From Tubulanus polymorphus (Eukaryota; Animalia; Nemertea), in the NCBI RefSeq assembly GCF_964204645.1, contig NC_134029.1, forward strand, positions 5,146,001 to 5,210,000: a stretch of DNA of 64,000 bases. The letters run 5' to 3'. Each line of letters opens with the position of its first letter. Position 1 is the stretch's first letter. Made by a program: the position numbers and the translations under genes. The notes beneath the pieces were generated by a model. That model worked only from the letters and a program-made list of their open reading frames with translations, was not told the origin of the DNA and did no database searches. Positions 15,201 to 28,800 of this stretch are shown piece by piece.

Positions 15201-16658
15201 GCAAAGTACTCGCATTGATCATCGCTTCTGTTTTGACAGACAAGTTTTTTTAGTCAATATCCACGTTACATGTCGCTTACGGCTAGACGAACGGAGCAAA
15301 ACTAGTGTTTTGAAGTTTTGCGCTCGTCCTCGTCAATTGATCTAAACGCCTTGAGTGAGTTTTCCAAGCGAAAACTGTAAAATAACGCGAAAAGTTATTA
15401 TTGGTTAGTTAAGTATATGTTTCTATTTATGCGTAGAACATGGCGTATGATAAGCACCTATCACAGAGGAGGGCGCGCAACATTTTCGAGTCATTCATAG
15501 GTTATTTGGACACGTTGTTCATTTTTTAATTCTGAAATTCATTTTCTGACATGGCAGACGAATGCTCTCGGCAGGTTTAGCTCAATATACCAGATTTAGC
15601 CCAACCCTACGTAAAAAGTAAAAACTTATCTATAAAGTTTTAAAACTTGTCTTTAGAAGCCGAAATGAAAATGGTCACCCAACAGATTGACACGCACAAC
15701 AAAAGCCGGATTAACATATATATTACAAATATTTCGTCTTTAAAGTCGATTCGGTTTATAGGTGTTTATTCTTCGTCGTTATTTCTTTGGAGCTTGGTTT
15801 CCCTAGACACCCTATTGGATTCATCATTAACACCTTTAGCAGCCAGCGGGACTCGAACCCGCTTGTGTGTCCCTTACAGATGAGATATTTATTTCACTCC
15901 AACCTTAAGAATGGTACGTGGAGGCAAGATTGAATACAAAATATGAAATATAAAAACAACCCACGACACCCCACGACACCTACTGGAAACGAAACACGGG
16001 GCTTTGATTTCGAAAAAAGGAGTGTCCTATTTACAGAAATCTTTCGGTATCGATAACTTCATCTTAAACCAATAGACGGCAGCAGTGTATACGGCGTCGA
16101 AAACGACGACCGTACGTTTTACACACATAAAGAAACGACTAGAATTCACCACCAGTGTAGGGATGTTTCATGCTATCGTCACTGCTTCATTTAAAATCAG
16201 ATTATACAACCAGTCGCGGAGACGATTTTATGTTCTACCCACCATGCACCCATTATACACCGGAGATATTTTGCCGATAGTCAAAACCAATTTCTCCGTC
16301 AAATGAGTGGTTTTAATTCGTACGACGATTAGGCGAGGAGCATGCGTGCGGGAGATTTAAAAATGGGCAGTGTGCGGTAGGCTACGATTAATCACGCTAA
16401 TACAACATCGACAAGAAAACCTTTCCCTATCAATATCATTCATACAATGAAACGTTTATAGATTTCTAAATACGAAAAAAATACGCTGCATTTGAATGAA
16501 ACAATAGTTCTTCCTCGCTCGACCATATTCAGCTAGTATTCTCAGTGGTTTGTCCGAAAACTTCAATCCAAATATATACAGCAATTTGCGCATTTGCTAT
16601 TTTTCCAGTACGTAGATCCAGCTCGTCTGTCAATTATCTCACCACCGGAATATTCGAA

Positions 16659-17609
16659 TCAATCACGTGCGCCTGTACATCGGAACAAGTCAACCAAATG
16701 TTTCCGAAATCGCGAACCGCCACACAGGCAGTATACGTAAAAGTTGACGGCGCTGTTGGCGAAGAAAAGCTTGTGCGTGATCGAAAATAACATTCGCTCC
16801 AGGCGTAGATTATCGGCGGCCAAAATGTAGTGGAATATCAACCGGTGCAGTCTGAACGGAGCAGAAAGAAATAGGAACGTCCACGCCACTATCATCTGCA
16901 TTTTTAACAGACGACCAGGGGAAAAGCCGACGCGTGACTGATGACCGGCACGTAGAGATTTGTCCGTTGAATGTCTGCATAATGTATACACAATTGCAGT
17001 GTTGAGTCCACAAAGTAACAGAAATGGTAGGAATGATCCGGCGGCCAAATCGACTAGAAATACCGTTTCATTCAAGTTTGGAGAATCGTTGATCTTCCAC
17101 TCGCATTGAAGTCTATTCATGATTTTCACGTTAACCAGGGTGGCGCTCCAGAAAATATGAACATTTGAAGCGAATAGGATCAAGACAAGGCCGGCTATTA
17201 CTCGCAGAGATCTCGCCGATGAACAGAGGACTTTGGCTTTCATCGGAAAGCGGACAGCGATCAGGCGATCCACAGTTATGGCAACGACTATCCACGCAGA
17301 CAGCTGCGATAGAAAATTGGCGACGAAATTGATACTTTTGCAAAGCCATTCCTTCTTACCGGTTCTATTGAAATTATAGTTTATCCAATAACACAGAAGC
17401 GGCACGCAAAGAAACAGTGTGTCAACGATAGCTAAAAAGGCGAAATAGCAGCAAATGCTCGTTTTGCTGTTCGACTTCAGTAGCATAATCCGCAAAGAAA
17501 AGCAATTACCAATCACTCCGAAAATAATTAAAACTGGAGGGGCATAAACATCTAAGATTTTGGCAACAAACAGAAATTCACTGTGGCTAGTTTGACTGAC
17601 GTTGGCCAT
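16659..17609 (-). CDS. intronless class A (rhodopsin-like) GPCR, FMRFamide/peptide-receptor-like orphan, 316 aa
   Basis: Seven hydrophobic segments with TM1 GN (IGNCFSL), TM2 LAIVD, the Cys before TM3 (WLCK), DRL in place of DRY followed by IAVRFP, TM5 FLPF, TM6 SAPF and TM7 NSAVNFYVY. Good start context acaacATGG. Confidence 0.92.
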   Translation of the reverse strand: MANVSQTSHSEFLFVAKILDVYAPPVLIIFGVIGNCFSLRIMLLKSNSKTSICCYFAFLAIVDTLFLCVPLLCYWINYNFNRTGKKEWLCKSINFVANFLSQLSAWIVVAITVDRLIAVRFPMKAKVLCSSARSLRVIAGLVLILFASNVHIFWSATLVNVKIMNRLQCEWKINDSPNLNETVFLVDLAAGSFLPFLLLCGLNTAIVYTLCRHSTDKSLRAGHQSRVGFSPGRLLKMQMIVAWTFLFLSAPFRLHRLIFHYILAADNLRLERMLFSITHKLFFANSAVNFYVYCLCGGSRFRKHLVDLFRCTGARD

Positions 17610-19837
17610 GTTGTAAGTAAGACGCTTCTGCTATGACACACCAGTAATTGACTTATACTTATACAAGCCGGGCACAACCACGTCACAATCTTAGCAGCCT
17701 ATGAGCTTTTTCGTTTTAAGAATAAGACTTATTCCCAACACAATAAGAGATAGGTCTGGCTTCCGCCAACCGCCAATGAATGTTGCGCTCACGTAAATCA
17801 AATCAGAAATATAATTATATGTAAAACACCTGCATTTGTTCGATCAGACGAATCATTGAAATATTCGAACAATTTGAGCCGTGTGAAAATAAGTTATAAA
17901 ATTGTTTTATGGTTTTTAGTCTCGACGCATTGGAAATATTTCGGATATCGCAAATCATCAGCCAAAAATAGCAAACAAAAGACAAACATGAGAAAAAGTA
18001 GATTTGATTGAAACATTCGGTTAAAGCCCTGCAACATCCGCCTTCGATTCAGATAATTTAGATTATTATTTAATTCAGATTTAGAGTAAGTATTCCATTA
18101 ACCTGTCATATATACGTAGATACATAGCTTGTGGTTCAATCATGGAGTTGATTATAGAACACGTAGAATATACTACATGAAATTATATGAATTACATTAT
18201 TGTATTGATAAATCATACATCACATAATCACAGGTCGCCGAGAAACAATTCGACAACGGATTATTACGCCGAAATTACTACCGTCATGATCACTTTAAGA
18301 GAACCTTGGGAGAAAAAAACGGTTTATTCGTAAACAGCACACCGATCACAGTCAGATATACATATATACAGTAAGTAGCCTGGTGACATTGAAAGTTTCA
18401 TGAAATGAACTATGAAATGATATCTACTTCCATAAAACATGTAGCCTGTGCATAAGTAAATCATTTTTCTCAAATTCCGCAAGAGACTTTTCATGAAATT
18501 ATGGCCCTTTAAAAAGTTGTTTGAAGGTAACCATGCCTTCCCCGGCTTAAAGGAATCCAATGTCCCCCGTTCAATGGCCAAGGCGCACAAAGGAAACACG
18601 ACATATCCCATAAAATCATATAATTGGCCCTGGAACATAATCATTTGATTCGTAGGCCTATTTCTTGGCTCTGTGTATATATCGCATACTGTGCAATCTC
18701 TGCAAAATAAAGATTTTTTAGCAGATTTCGGATCTATGGACACAGTTTGACAGATGCCGCATGATCGATTTTTAATTCTCGTATGTCGTCTCTCAACCCT
18801 CTTCTGGACTCGTTTATTACCACGTGGCCGTAATACTATCAGCTGCGTGCTAAATAACTAAACAGCAATACGTACTGCTGAAATCAAAGATCAATAGTCC
18901 AATGCTGTTGTCGTTCCAGGAGCTTGCCTTCGATGTGCACCAGATGATAAGAGCTGTATTGACGGTGTTTATCGTTAGGAACACTGACCCCCGTGTACCC
19001 GGTATCAATCAGATAGTTGTATTTTGGACAGAGCTGTTATGCGGTTGAGTCGTCGCAATTCTAAGTGGAAAAGTAGAAGTTTCTCGAGGACAAGAGTCGC
19101 TTTGGACAGAACATAATATACGGTGATCAAGAGCCAGGTACGTTCGATTCGTTTACATTTCATAATCCAATATATGTCCAACATAAAGGGGGGAAATTCA
19201 CAGATAGCTTTATTTGTGGGTTTGGAACTGGACGAATCGAGATGTCGATATCTCGATCCCGATCCTACCAGCCAATGCGATGTCGAATTATATATACATG
19301 GTCATTAAAAAGTCATAGCGCACGTAGTTGAGCTACTTACTAATGGAGCAAATGGATACAGCATCAAGCTACCCATATCCTGTTCATATGAGATTTCTAG
19401 ATATAAGCGATGAAATAAGTATATATAATGTACATGGACGACGACGGATAGCTTGGATTGCGATTTCGACTGCTGGCAAATATTGCTGTTGCCAACAAAA
19501 GAGTCGGAATGAAAATTAAGCGACATTATGTATGAGAACAGCCAGATGTAACGAAGCAACAGATTTTCGATATAATGCATATATATATATGAATTCGTTA
19601 TCAATCCGGTTAAAACTCACTCGTGACTCATGTGCGCCTGATAAATAGCTATATTTGTTGTGTCCCTGTTTTATTACGGCCATTTTACTTACCCATGGCA
19701 GACACGTCAATAATCTACATTTCTAAACAATGACGAATTTGCCCGACAAACTCTTGAAAACAAACGTTGGACATTTTTTCCACAGACAATCCGGAAAACC
19801 AATTTAGAAGCAATTATAGAATTGCGTACAAAGAAAG

Positions 19838-22800
19838 ATGAATTACGAACATTTGGGACCGTTACATGATATGTTTCGACGCCAGGCGGCGCTAACTCCT
19901 GATAAACATGCTATAGTTTCAGACGATGGGAGAAAGGTAAGGGGGCCATAAATACAAAATGGATTATCGATAGTTCACGTTCATTTTCGGCACAATTTGT
20001 CATTAATTTGCAAATACACAGATCCGTAACCGATCATCAGTGCAGTCTTTAAAACGTGTTTTAAAAACATTTTTATTCGAAGAGTCACCTTTCAAAAAAC
20101 AATACACTGTACATATTTTGTAAAGAGCTTCGAGACTGCTTTAATATTAAGCATCTATGAACAATAAATCATTGTTATCATCATTAATATCCAAATCTAA
20201 TTTTACTGGCTTCGATCGCAGTTGACTTATGTGGCATTTCTTTTCTCAAAGCTCACTTACAAAGAATTAGATGAGGCCACAGACACGCTAGCGCAATATT
20301 TGATCCTAAAAGGAACGGTGGCCGATAGCATCGTTGGCGTATATATGGAAAGATGCGTCGAGTTCACCATTTCCTACATTGCCATTTTAAAAGCGGGTAA
20401 GTCAAAAACATTCTAACCCTACGTGATCAAAGCTTAACGATAAGTGATTATTTCCATTTCACGATTAATAACGGATATTTTTCTCTGTTAGACACAATGA
20501 TAAATGCACATTTCAGAGATGATCAAGGAAATTTTCGATGTCTACTCGTATAAGCGTTTATTTCCTCTGGTTCAAAAGGTAATGACTTATACAGTTTAAT
20601 TCGTATTACAGGGGCTGCTTATATGCCGTTAGACGTCACCTACCCTTTATCTTTACTTGCATCGGTGTTCGAAGATGCAACTCCAAAGGCGGTTTTAACA
20701 TTGCCTTCCGTAAAGGATGTGTTACCAGGTATAACTCCATCCCGGGCGAAAGTCTGACTGTAAACGACATTATGTCTGGTTAAAGCTGCAAACTGTAAGA
20801 AAATAACTTAAAGAGTATCAGAAATATACTATACTGGCAATATCGTAAGAAAGTAAAACAAAATAGGTTTGATAACACGTATCCATCATGTGAGAGAGTT
20901 CCCTGAGTCTGCTGATTGATTCACTTGCAGAGGTCGAATTTCCATTGATTACATTGGGTGATGGGTGGCTGGAAACGATCCGCAATGAACTGAAGGAGGC
21001 CGGTCGAGTTTTGGAAACACCTCGGATCAGCCTCGATAATTTGGCGTACACTGTGTATTCCTCGGGAACGACTGGAAAGCCAAAGGGTAAAAAAACATTG
21101 TACCGTTTTGGTAGGAGTCGAATATCATTGTTTAAAAGTATAAGGTCAATATCCAAAATATGTTAAAAGGAGTCATCATTCTGGCTAGACGATACTCGAT
21201 TCTGTCGGATCTTCTAAAATTTACTACTGATTCCAAAGTTACTGAAACTTATTTTCCTTTCATTGAATCTACGTACAGGTATCCAATGTCCACATCGTGG
21301 ATCAGTATTTTCTTACACATGGCGACACAACGAATACCCGTACTCGGACGAGGATAACCGAGAAGCTTGCAACGTCTTCTTCGTTTGGGAAATGCTGAGG
21401 CCATTGCTGAAAGGTGATATCCTATGAAAGACAATACATCTCGTTAACATCGTTAACATAACATGTAACATGTAATTTAAAATAATTTAAAATTCATAAC
21501 CATTTTTCGGCAGGTGCAACTCTGTTCATCATCCCTGACAATGTCATATACGACCCGATTCTACTGGCGCAGTATTTCAAGCGACATGCTATCACTCGCA
21601 TGTTGTTTACGCCGTCACTCTTCGAAGCCGTCATAAATGCTGAAAATATCGACTTGCAGTCGGCGATGAAAAGCTTCAAGTTAGTAGGTCTGACTTCTCA
21701 GCAGACGTGCAACAACTTTTGTCTGAGTAGTGATTATCTACATAAAAGCATTCTTCTGTTATGTAATCTAATATTACCACGAGTTATCTTAATTCAAAAT
21801 TTAGTCATTTACTGAGACATTTATTTATTTTCTGATAGGATTACAACAAATAGAATAGTGATACATAAAAGGAATTCTAGCCTGTTGACTATACGGTGGC
21901 TGATTATGGGCGGAATGGCCATCAATATGTCGCATTAATGTTTTCAGGCAATTGTGGTTTTGTGGTGAAGTCGTGACCACTGCTCTGCTCGAACGATGCT
22001 GCAAAATCTTGCCGTGGATTCAGTTCGTGAACCTGTACAGTATTTCAGAATGTCACGACGTCGCAGCCGCTGATTTGTCTTATTGTTACAAACATCAAGT
22101 ATATATTACCTGCTATAGAATTACCTGCTATTACCTGCATTAAGTAACATGATATGTTAATTGCTGCCAGAGCCATTCAACAAATCGCCTAAATAAGCCC
22201 CATTTTTTCGGACCTAGCAATATCTGGCAGCTCAATGTTTGCCTTACGGGGTTAGATTTGATGACGTTTGACCATATTCTAGGATTTGAATTTGATAGTC
22301 ATTTTACGCCAACATTACTTGAAAAATATTCTGTATAGAAATCTTGATATTTCATGCATAGCCTAGTTGATACATAGATTTGTCAGAAAAGTCTGCCTGT
22401 AACATCGGTAGCAAGTAGCTGTTGAATACTTCCGTTAAATTTAGTGTAAACAGGGTTATATGATTATCTATGATAATCTAATGAATTGCGGCTGCTTTCA
22501 GAAAGTAGCCATAATTCATTAGATTAAACATCTTTAATCACCAATATTCTCAGACCCATTAAGAACTATTACGTACCGATATATGTCTAACATATTCTAT
22601 TTAATGAATCATCATTTTTAGTCGGAAGCGATGAAAGAACGGAAATTCTGTCCAGTAGGTCGTGTTCTACCCGATGTCAAAGTCGTTATAATGAGCGCTG
22701 ATATGGTAGCACAGCCGATAGGCGCTTCTGGGGAAGTACGTAACATAGAGCGTATTTGACTTGAATTTAAAAAAAGGTTCTTTTCTACCCATAAAAACGT

Positions 22801-25800
22801 AGTATTTTAAATCAAATATATCCGAAATAAGTCATCATTATTATCAATAACATCATGATGCATGAGAAGTTGTTCTTTAATTCACACTTAACAAATAAAT
22901 TTTGAACACTGCATAGACGTGACACTGATTTTATCTCATATGGTTTAGATATACGTTGGTGGTCCGACACTTGCTAGAGGGTACCTCAACCGCCCGAAAC
23001 TCAATGGGGAGAGGTTCGTCAGTCTGAAACCTGCCGCCGGTCAAACTGAGCAGAGATACTATAGGACGGGAGATTGGGGGTACATGCTGGCAGACGGTAG
23101 CCTCGAGATTTGTGGACGCTGCGACTCAATGGTTAAAGTTCGAGGATATTCGATCGAAATACAGGTTTGTATATTCAGCGATCGCTAATGAGAATACACC
23201 ACATACCATGGACTTTTAAAAGTTTAAGCATTTAAATTCAATTTCTCTGCTTACCCCTTGATTGAAAAACTAGGAATATACTTAATCAATCCATTTCAAG
23301 ATATGACTATCCCTTCAACGGCTATATTTTTGTTCATTAGGCGGTCGAGGCGGCTCTCATAAGTTTACCTATGGTCAACGCAGCTGTTGTACTAGTAAAC
23401 GGGGAAGAAGGCGATGACAAATTTCTAATCGCTTACATCGTACCAGAGGGAGAAACTAGTAAAAAAGACGTTCGTGCAAACCTTAAAAGGCTTCTTCCGT
23501 TTTACATGATCCCGTCTTATTTCATTTTCATACAAAGGTATTTATACTACAAATCATATAAACGCCACAAATGGGAAGTTAGAAACCATTTTCAAATAGA
23601 GTTTTTTTCATTTTTTCAACTTGGGAGTTATTTCGCGTGATCATTTCGAACTGATCTTCTTTGAATTTCAGTATACCGGTCTTGCCGGCTTCGAGTAAAT
23701 TGGACAAGAAAGCGCTTCCTACGCTAGATACATCCAGTGAGCAGACTGTCGACGAAGATGGCAAGCCGAAAACCAATAATGAAAAAGTCATGGTTGATAT
23801 TTGGAAAGAGATATTGCAACTGAAATGCGTCGACACGATGGAAAGCTTCTTTGATTTAGGAGGGTATGTGTGAATGAATCTTTGGGATATCCAAAATTTC
23901 TGTTTCTTAAGAAAGGTACCTTGAAATTCGAAATGGAACCTTGAGACCATTGCCCCCTTTTTGTCTCTTCAGACACTCCCTACTTGCTGCAAAACTTCTG
24001 AGTAAAACGAAACAGCTGTTTGGTGTCGATGTCACAGTGCGAGAACTGTTCGTCCACTCGACCATTTCTCAATTAGCGTCGCTAATCGAAAAGAAGATGC
24101 AACCAGACAATAAACCAAGCTCACCGGAACCATCTCCAAGTATCGACTTGGTTAATGAGGTTGAAGTTCATGACCAATTCATCAACAGGTATTTCCCAAA
24201 TGAATTAAACTGAGGTTGAGAAAATGCAAGAACATTATTGTACTTCTCTACATATTTCGTATGTTTCCAGTTTTTATCATGGTCCACGTTATCCAGTCGG
24301 ATTGGGATTTTTTGTACTTTCAAAGTCTTTACCTTAGAATTGCAAATTACAAATTACAATTGTAATTACAATCAACCCAATTACAAATAACGTATTCACA
24401 CCAGATGCGTTAATGCTCGTTGTCAAAGCATTTATACGCTCATGCAACGTAGATACGTTTCATATATATACTTACCATATCAATTTGTCTATTTGCGAAC
24501 CACCGCTTACCAAATGCTATATTTTCTATTTCAGCACTGTAAATTCTGTGAGGTAAGAATGCAGAGAGCTTTATTGATAAATGCATTTTCAACGACTTTA
24601 AAGAGTCATTGGAAAATGATCTTATGGCCTGAGCGGAAGGCATTTTAACCCATAGTCTTTTTTTTACTTGCAGAATTGATATGCAACTTCGTGCATTTTG
24701 GAGATCAGTAAGTTATGGTAATCGTTGGAAGAAAGGAAGAGTTCTATTGACCGGAGTGACTGGCTTCCTAGGCGCTTTCATTTTGCGCGAGCTTCTTCTT
24801 GAGACTCAGGTAATGAGAATGTATCATCTCCCAACATTTGCAAAGATGACCGGATAATTTCATGTGTAGATTGATTAATGAAGGCGGCTATCTGTTTGTC
24901 ATCTGAAGGTTCTCATACCTTGCTTTCATGATAACGATGCAATATCTATTACAGACGCATGTCTACTGTCTGGTTAGAAGTCAGCCTGATAGAAAAGTAT
25001 TGGATCGCCTCAAACAGGCGTTGAGACAATATGGAATTATCGCATCTGTCACTGAGAAAGCCGACGCCAGGCAAGCAAATGTACTTGTCGAATTGGAAAA
25101 TCGAGTGTCCTGTTTGAAAGGTAGCAGGTTTTACATAAGAAGAATCACGTCCCTTCCGAAGTCGATGGCCCAGGAGTTTTTAAACCACATTTGACCTTTT
25201 CTAGGTGACATAACACTTCTCAACTTGGGGCTGAGCGAAGAAGACCATCAACACTTTTCTACGGAAATAGATTTCATAATACATCCAGCTGCTAATGTCA
25301 ATTTGATCTACCCTTACCAGGTATATCATTCAATAAAACAATTGATTTCGTTCGGTTGTATGTTCATCCTGGCGCCTGTTTTAGCGTAACGCTTATATGT
25401 AGTTCAATTTTAGTGTCTGGTGCAGTTTCAAACGGCCCAGCAATTTGACTAACAGAACTGTCTCTATATCGACTTATTTTTGTAGGCACTTCACGGTCCG
25501 AATGTAATCGGCACCCAGAATGTCATCCTATTTGCCTCTACAAACAAAATCAAGCCACTGCATTATGTCAGGTAAGTCTATTGAAAATGTTGGGAATGTG
25601 CCTTGGTAGATAGTTGAAGATATTTCAGGATATAATAATTATATCCCCTTTCTTCTTCAGCACCGATGCGGTGTTTCCACATGGCTTAAAGAACTGTAGT
25701 GAAAATGACGACGTTTCGCAACTATACGGTCAATTGGAGGACGGATACAGCCAAAGCAAGTGGGTAGCCGAACAGCTTGTTTTGAGAGCTAGGGCACGCG

Positions 25801-28800
25801 GAGTTCCCGTCGTCATATATCGCCCAGGTCAGTAACTACAGTTTCGATCGGTTGAGTAAGCCATTTATAGTATTGTGGGGGTCATTTTTCCAGTTTTCAC
25901 AGGACTACTCTAACTGCGAGCAAAATTGCGATCTTTTTGACCAACACCTGCTACGTGCATAAAATCAGGGCCGAACCTAGCGGGTGGTAAGGGGTGCAGG
26001 GAGGGGGCAAGTACCTTTTTGCGAATGGGATTATTGTTATATTCAATGGAACTGCCTTTTTGGATTTCTCTGCCCGACCCCCCTTCCAATTCTAACGCTA
26101 AGTAGGGCCCTGGAAATATCGTGATATTTTGTCCAAGTCTTCAATTTACACGTATGTTCATTTTACTGCAAAGTGTTGATTCCCATTCTGAGAGTTAATT
26201 GTCACCCTAACAGAGGTGTGAACTACACTGTAAATTGATGAGGCGCGACGACGTGCTAAAACAACATTACCAACTTTCAACGCCCAGTGGGGTGTGTGCG
26301 TGTCATTACTAAACTATCATTACTATCATTACTAAAATTTCACATAATGTTATTTTCAAAATGCAAAATAAATCTATTACTATCGTTATGAAGGGAACAT
26401 GTCCGGGGATTCGAAAACAGCTCATTGGAATCCGGCCGATTTCAATTTGATGATGATCAAAGCTTGTTTAGAAACTGGATCAGCTCCTCAGATAGACTGG
26501 CAAGTCGAGATGACGCCCGTTGATTTCGCCGCCAAAGCGATCGTAATGCTCACTCAAAACATCATGCTCTCGTTGGGGAAAACTTTCCACATTGCTAATG
26601 ACGATCCCCTACACGCTTCGTGAGTAAACTGCTTTTCGTGCATGAAAAATATTTTCAAAACAACATCTTCATTTTCTTGATAAGTCAAATCGCGTATGTA
26701 TCAATACAGAGAAAAGCGCTGGCTCCCTAGAGTATGAATAAATTAGGTTAACCATACGGATTTCTTGGTCAGTAATTTTGTGTAATCAACTCTTATTTGT
26801 AACAACTCGATGGCTAATCAGTCAGACATAAAAACTACGTCAATATCACGTAACATTCAAGTCTCTGGAAACTGATTTTGCACTACTAAAGAAAATCATG
26901 AAACGAATAGTATGTTCGAAAAACGTTCCTTGCAGATGGCTTTTTGAATGGCTTATGGCCCACGGATATAAACTACAAATATTGCCATATACGAAGTGGC
27001 TGGAAAATCTGAGGCAACACTCGAAGTCGAAAGGCGATCTATCAACTCTGCAACGCGTGCTTGAAAACCTCGTCACGTGAGTGTTCTAATCCCAATGAGG
27101 ACCCCGTTCCACATGCTATCCCGCAAGATGACGTGCGCATAGGATAACGCAATCAAACTATAAACTTTTCGACTTTAGTCGAAACGCATATCTTTATCAT
27201 CTCGGTCCCTTTCTCAGTATAATTGCACAGGTCTGGACATAACGATCTTTCGTTCTTTTTTTTGTTCATTACATATATACATGTATAATCTATGTAGAAT
27301 TGTCGTTGATTCATAAATGTTGATAGACCTACTTCTTGATGTCCCTCTGCAAACCTCTCGTTTCAAAGTGGACGAGTGTGGCAAATTTCATCAAAATTAT
27401 GATCATTTGAAATCAACTTTCATCGAGATATTTAGGGTCCCGTATAGAACATCAGGCAAATCATGCCTCTACAACTCAGATTGATTTTAGGTTTCACAGA
27501 TTGTGCAAACTCCAGCCGTCATCCGTAGGAGTTGGGAAACTTGATTTCGATGGAATTGACCCTCTTATCTTTTTGACTGAGTTGTTATTATGCTCATTAG
27601 GATTTATTGATAGATTTTAATTGAATCTCTGAAAATCATACATGTATATAAATTATCGTTGTACGAATGCACCATAGCGAACCTGGTGGATCCTCGCTTG
27701 CCACAAGCCACAGTCGAACGTGGAATCCTCATTCAAAGTGGAATACTTCCATTTATATTTTATTTTAATCGGTGATTTTATTTTCAGTGACGAAACATTT
27801 TTTGCAAACTTATCAACGTACAAAAATGATAATCTACGAGCTGTTTTATCGGAATTGAACATGACCTATCCGGCCACAGATCCCTCACTATTGGCTAACT
27901 ACTTCCAGAAGCTGTCGAAGCACCACGTGATTCCAGCTCCAAAGCGAATCGACTTCGGTAATTATCCACATATCATTTATAAACTTCTGTCGTGCTAAAT
28001 TACATCGAGGATCGGGGCTATGATTCGCTATAACCGCTATATAATAAATTTAATATACGGTAATGACCCGATAACTAATTATCAATTACGAGTTTCGACG
28101 CGGATATTGCCTGTCGAGTTCTGAGTCATTTTTAGCGGCTTCGTCAAACTAACTTCACAACTAATACAAACGAGCTTCGTCAATTCGTCCATCGTCACCA
28201 AGGACTCAAGACGACGCTTTAAGAGTCCATGGTCAAACTAACCTCAAACACCTTAATATTCTGAATGCGCTGCGCCTGTCCCTCTCTTGACGGCTTTTCC
28301 GTCCATGGTATTGATTCTTGCTCAGTATTGTACCGGTATTGGAAAATAGGTCATACTATTATACCGGCTATCGCTACTACACCAAGCAACGGAATCTGTG
28401 TATATTTCATACAGTAAATACAGGCTTCAATGGAGGAGAAAGGTAGGAGATTGAGCTCGACACAAACCTCAGTATCAACACGGCGAGCTCGAAAAGCTAC
28501 GTACTTTGGATGATGAAACTTAGTACATCAATTGTAGTGTAATTCTTTTTTTTTCAGGCGAGCGTTTATTAGAAGGAAAAGTGGCAATTGTAACAGGGTC
28601 GTCTAGCGGTATAGGGGCTTCTATCGCTATTCATCTGGCGCGCGCTGGCGCTCGGGTCGCCTTGGCGGCGCGGCGCGACGATCTACTGCGGCAGCTGAGC
28701 GATACCATACAGCGTGAAGATGGCGTGTCCATATGTGTTAAAACTGACGTCACCGATAAGTTACAAGTATGTGTTCAAAATAGCAAACACGTAATCCACG

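Noticed and set aside
18324-18743. 139-aa minus-strand ORF between the GPCR and the A-T-R-R gene
   Set aside because: Non-ATG start, no motif, and no convincing splice sites.
19838-27957. Calling the NRPS-like gene Lys2 (alpha-aminoadipate reductase), Ebony or AASDH
   Set aside because: It has a second in-frame SDR domain and a different A4/A5 pocket. Ebony and AASDH end in non-reductase domains, and Lys2 has an N-terminal extension and one R domain.
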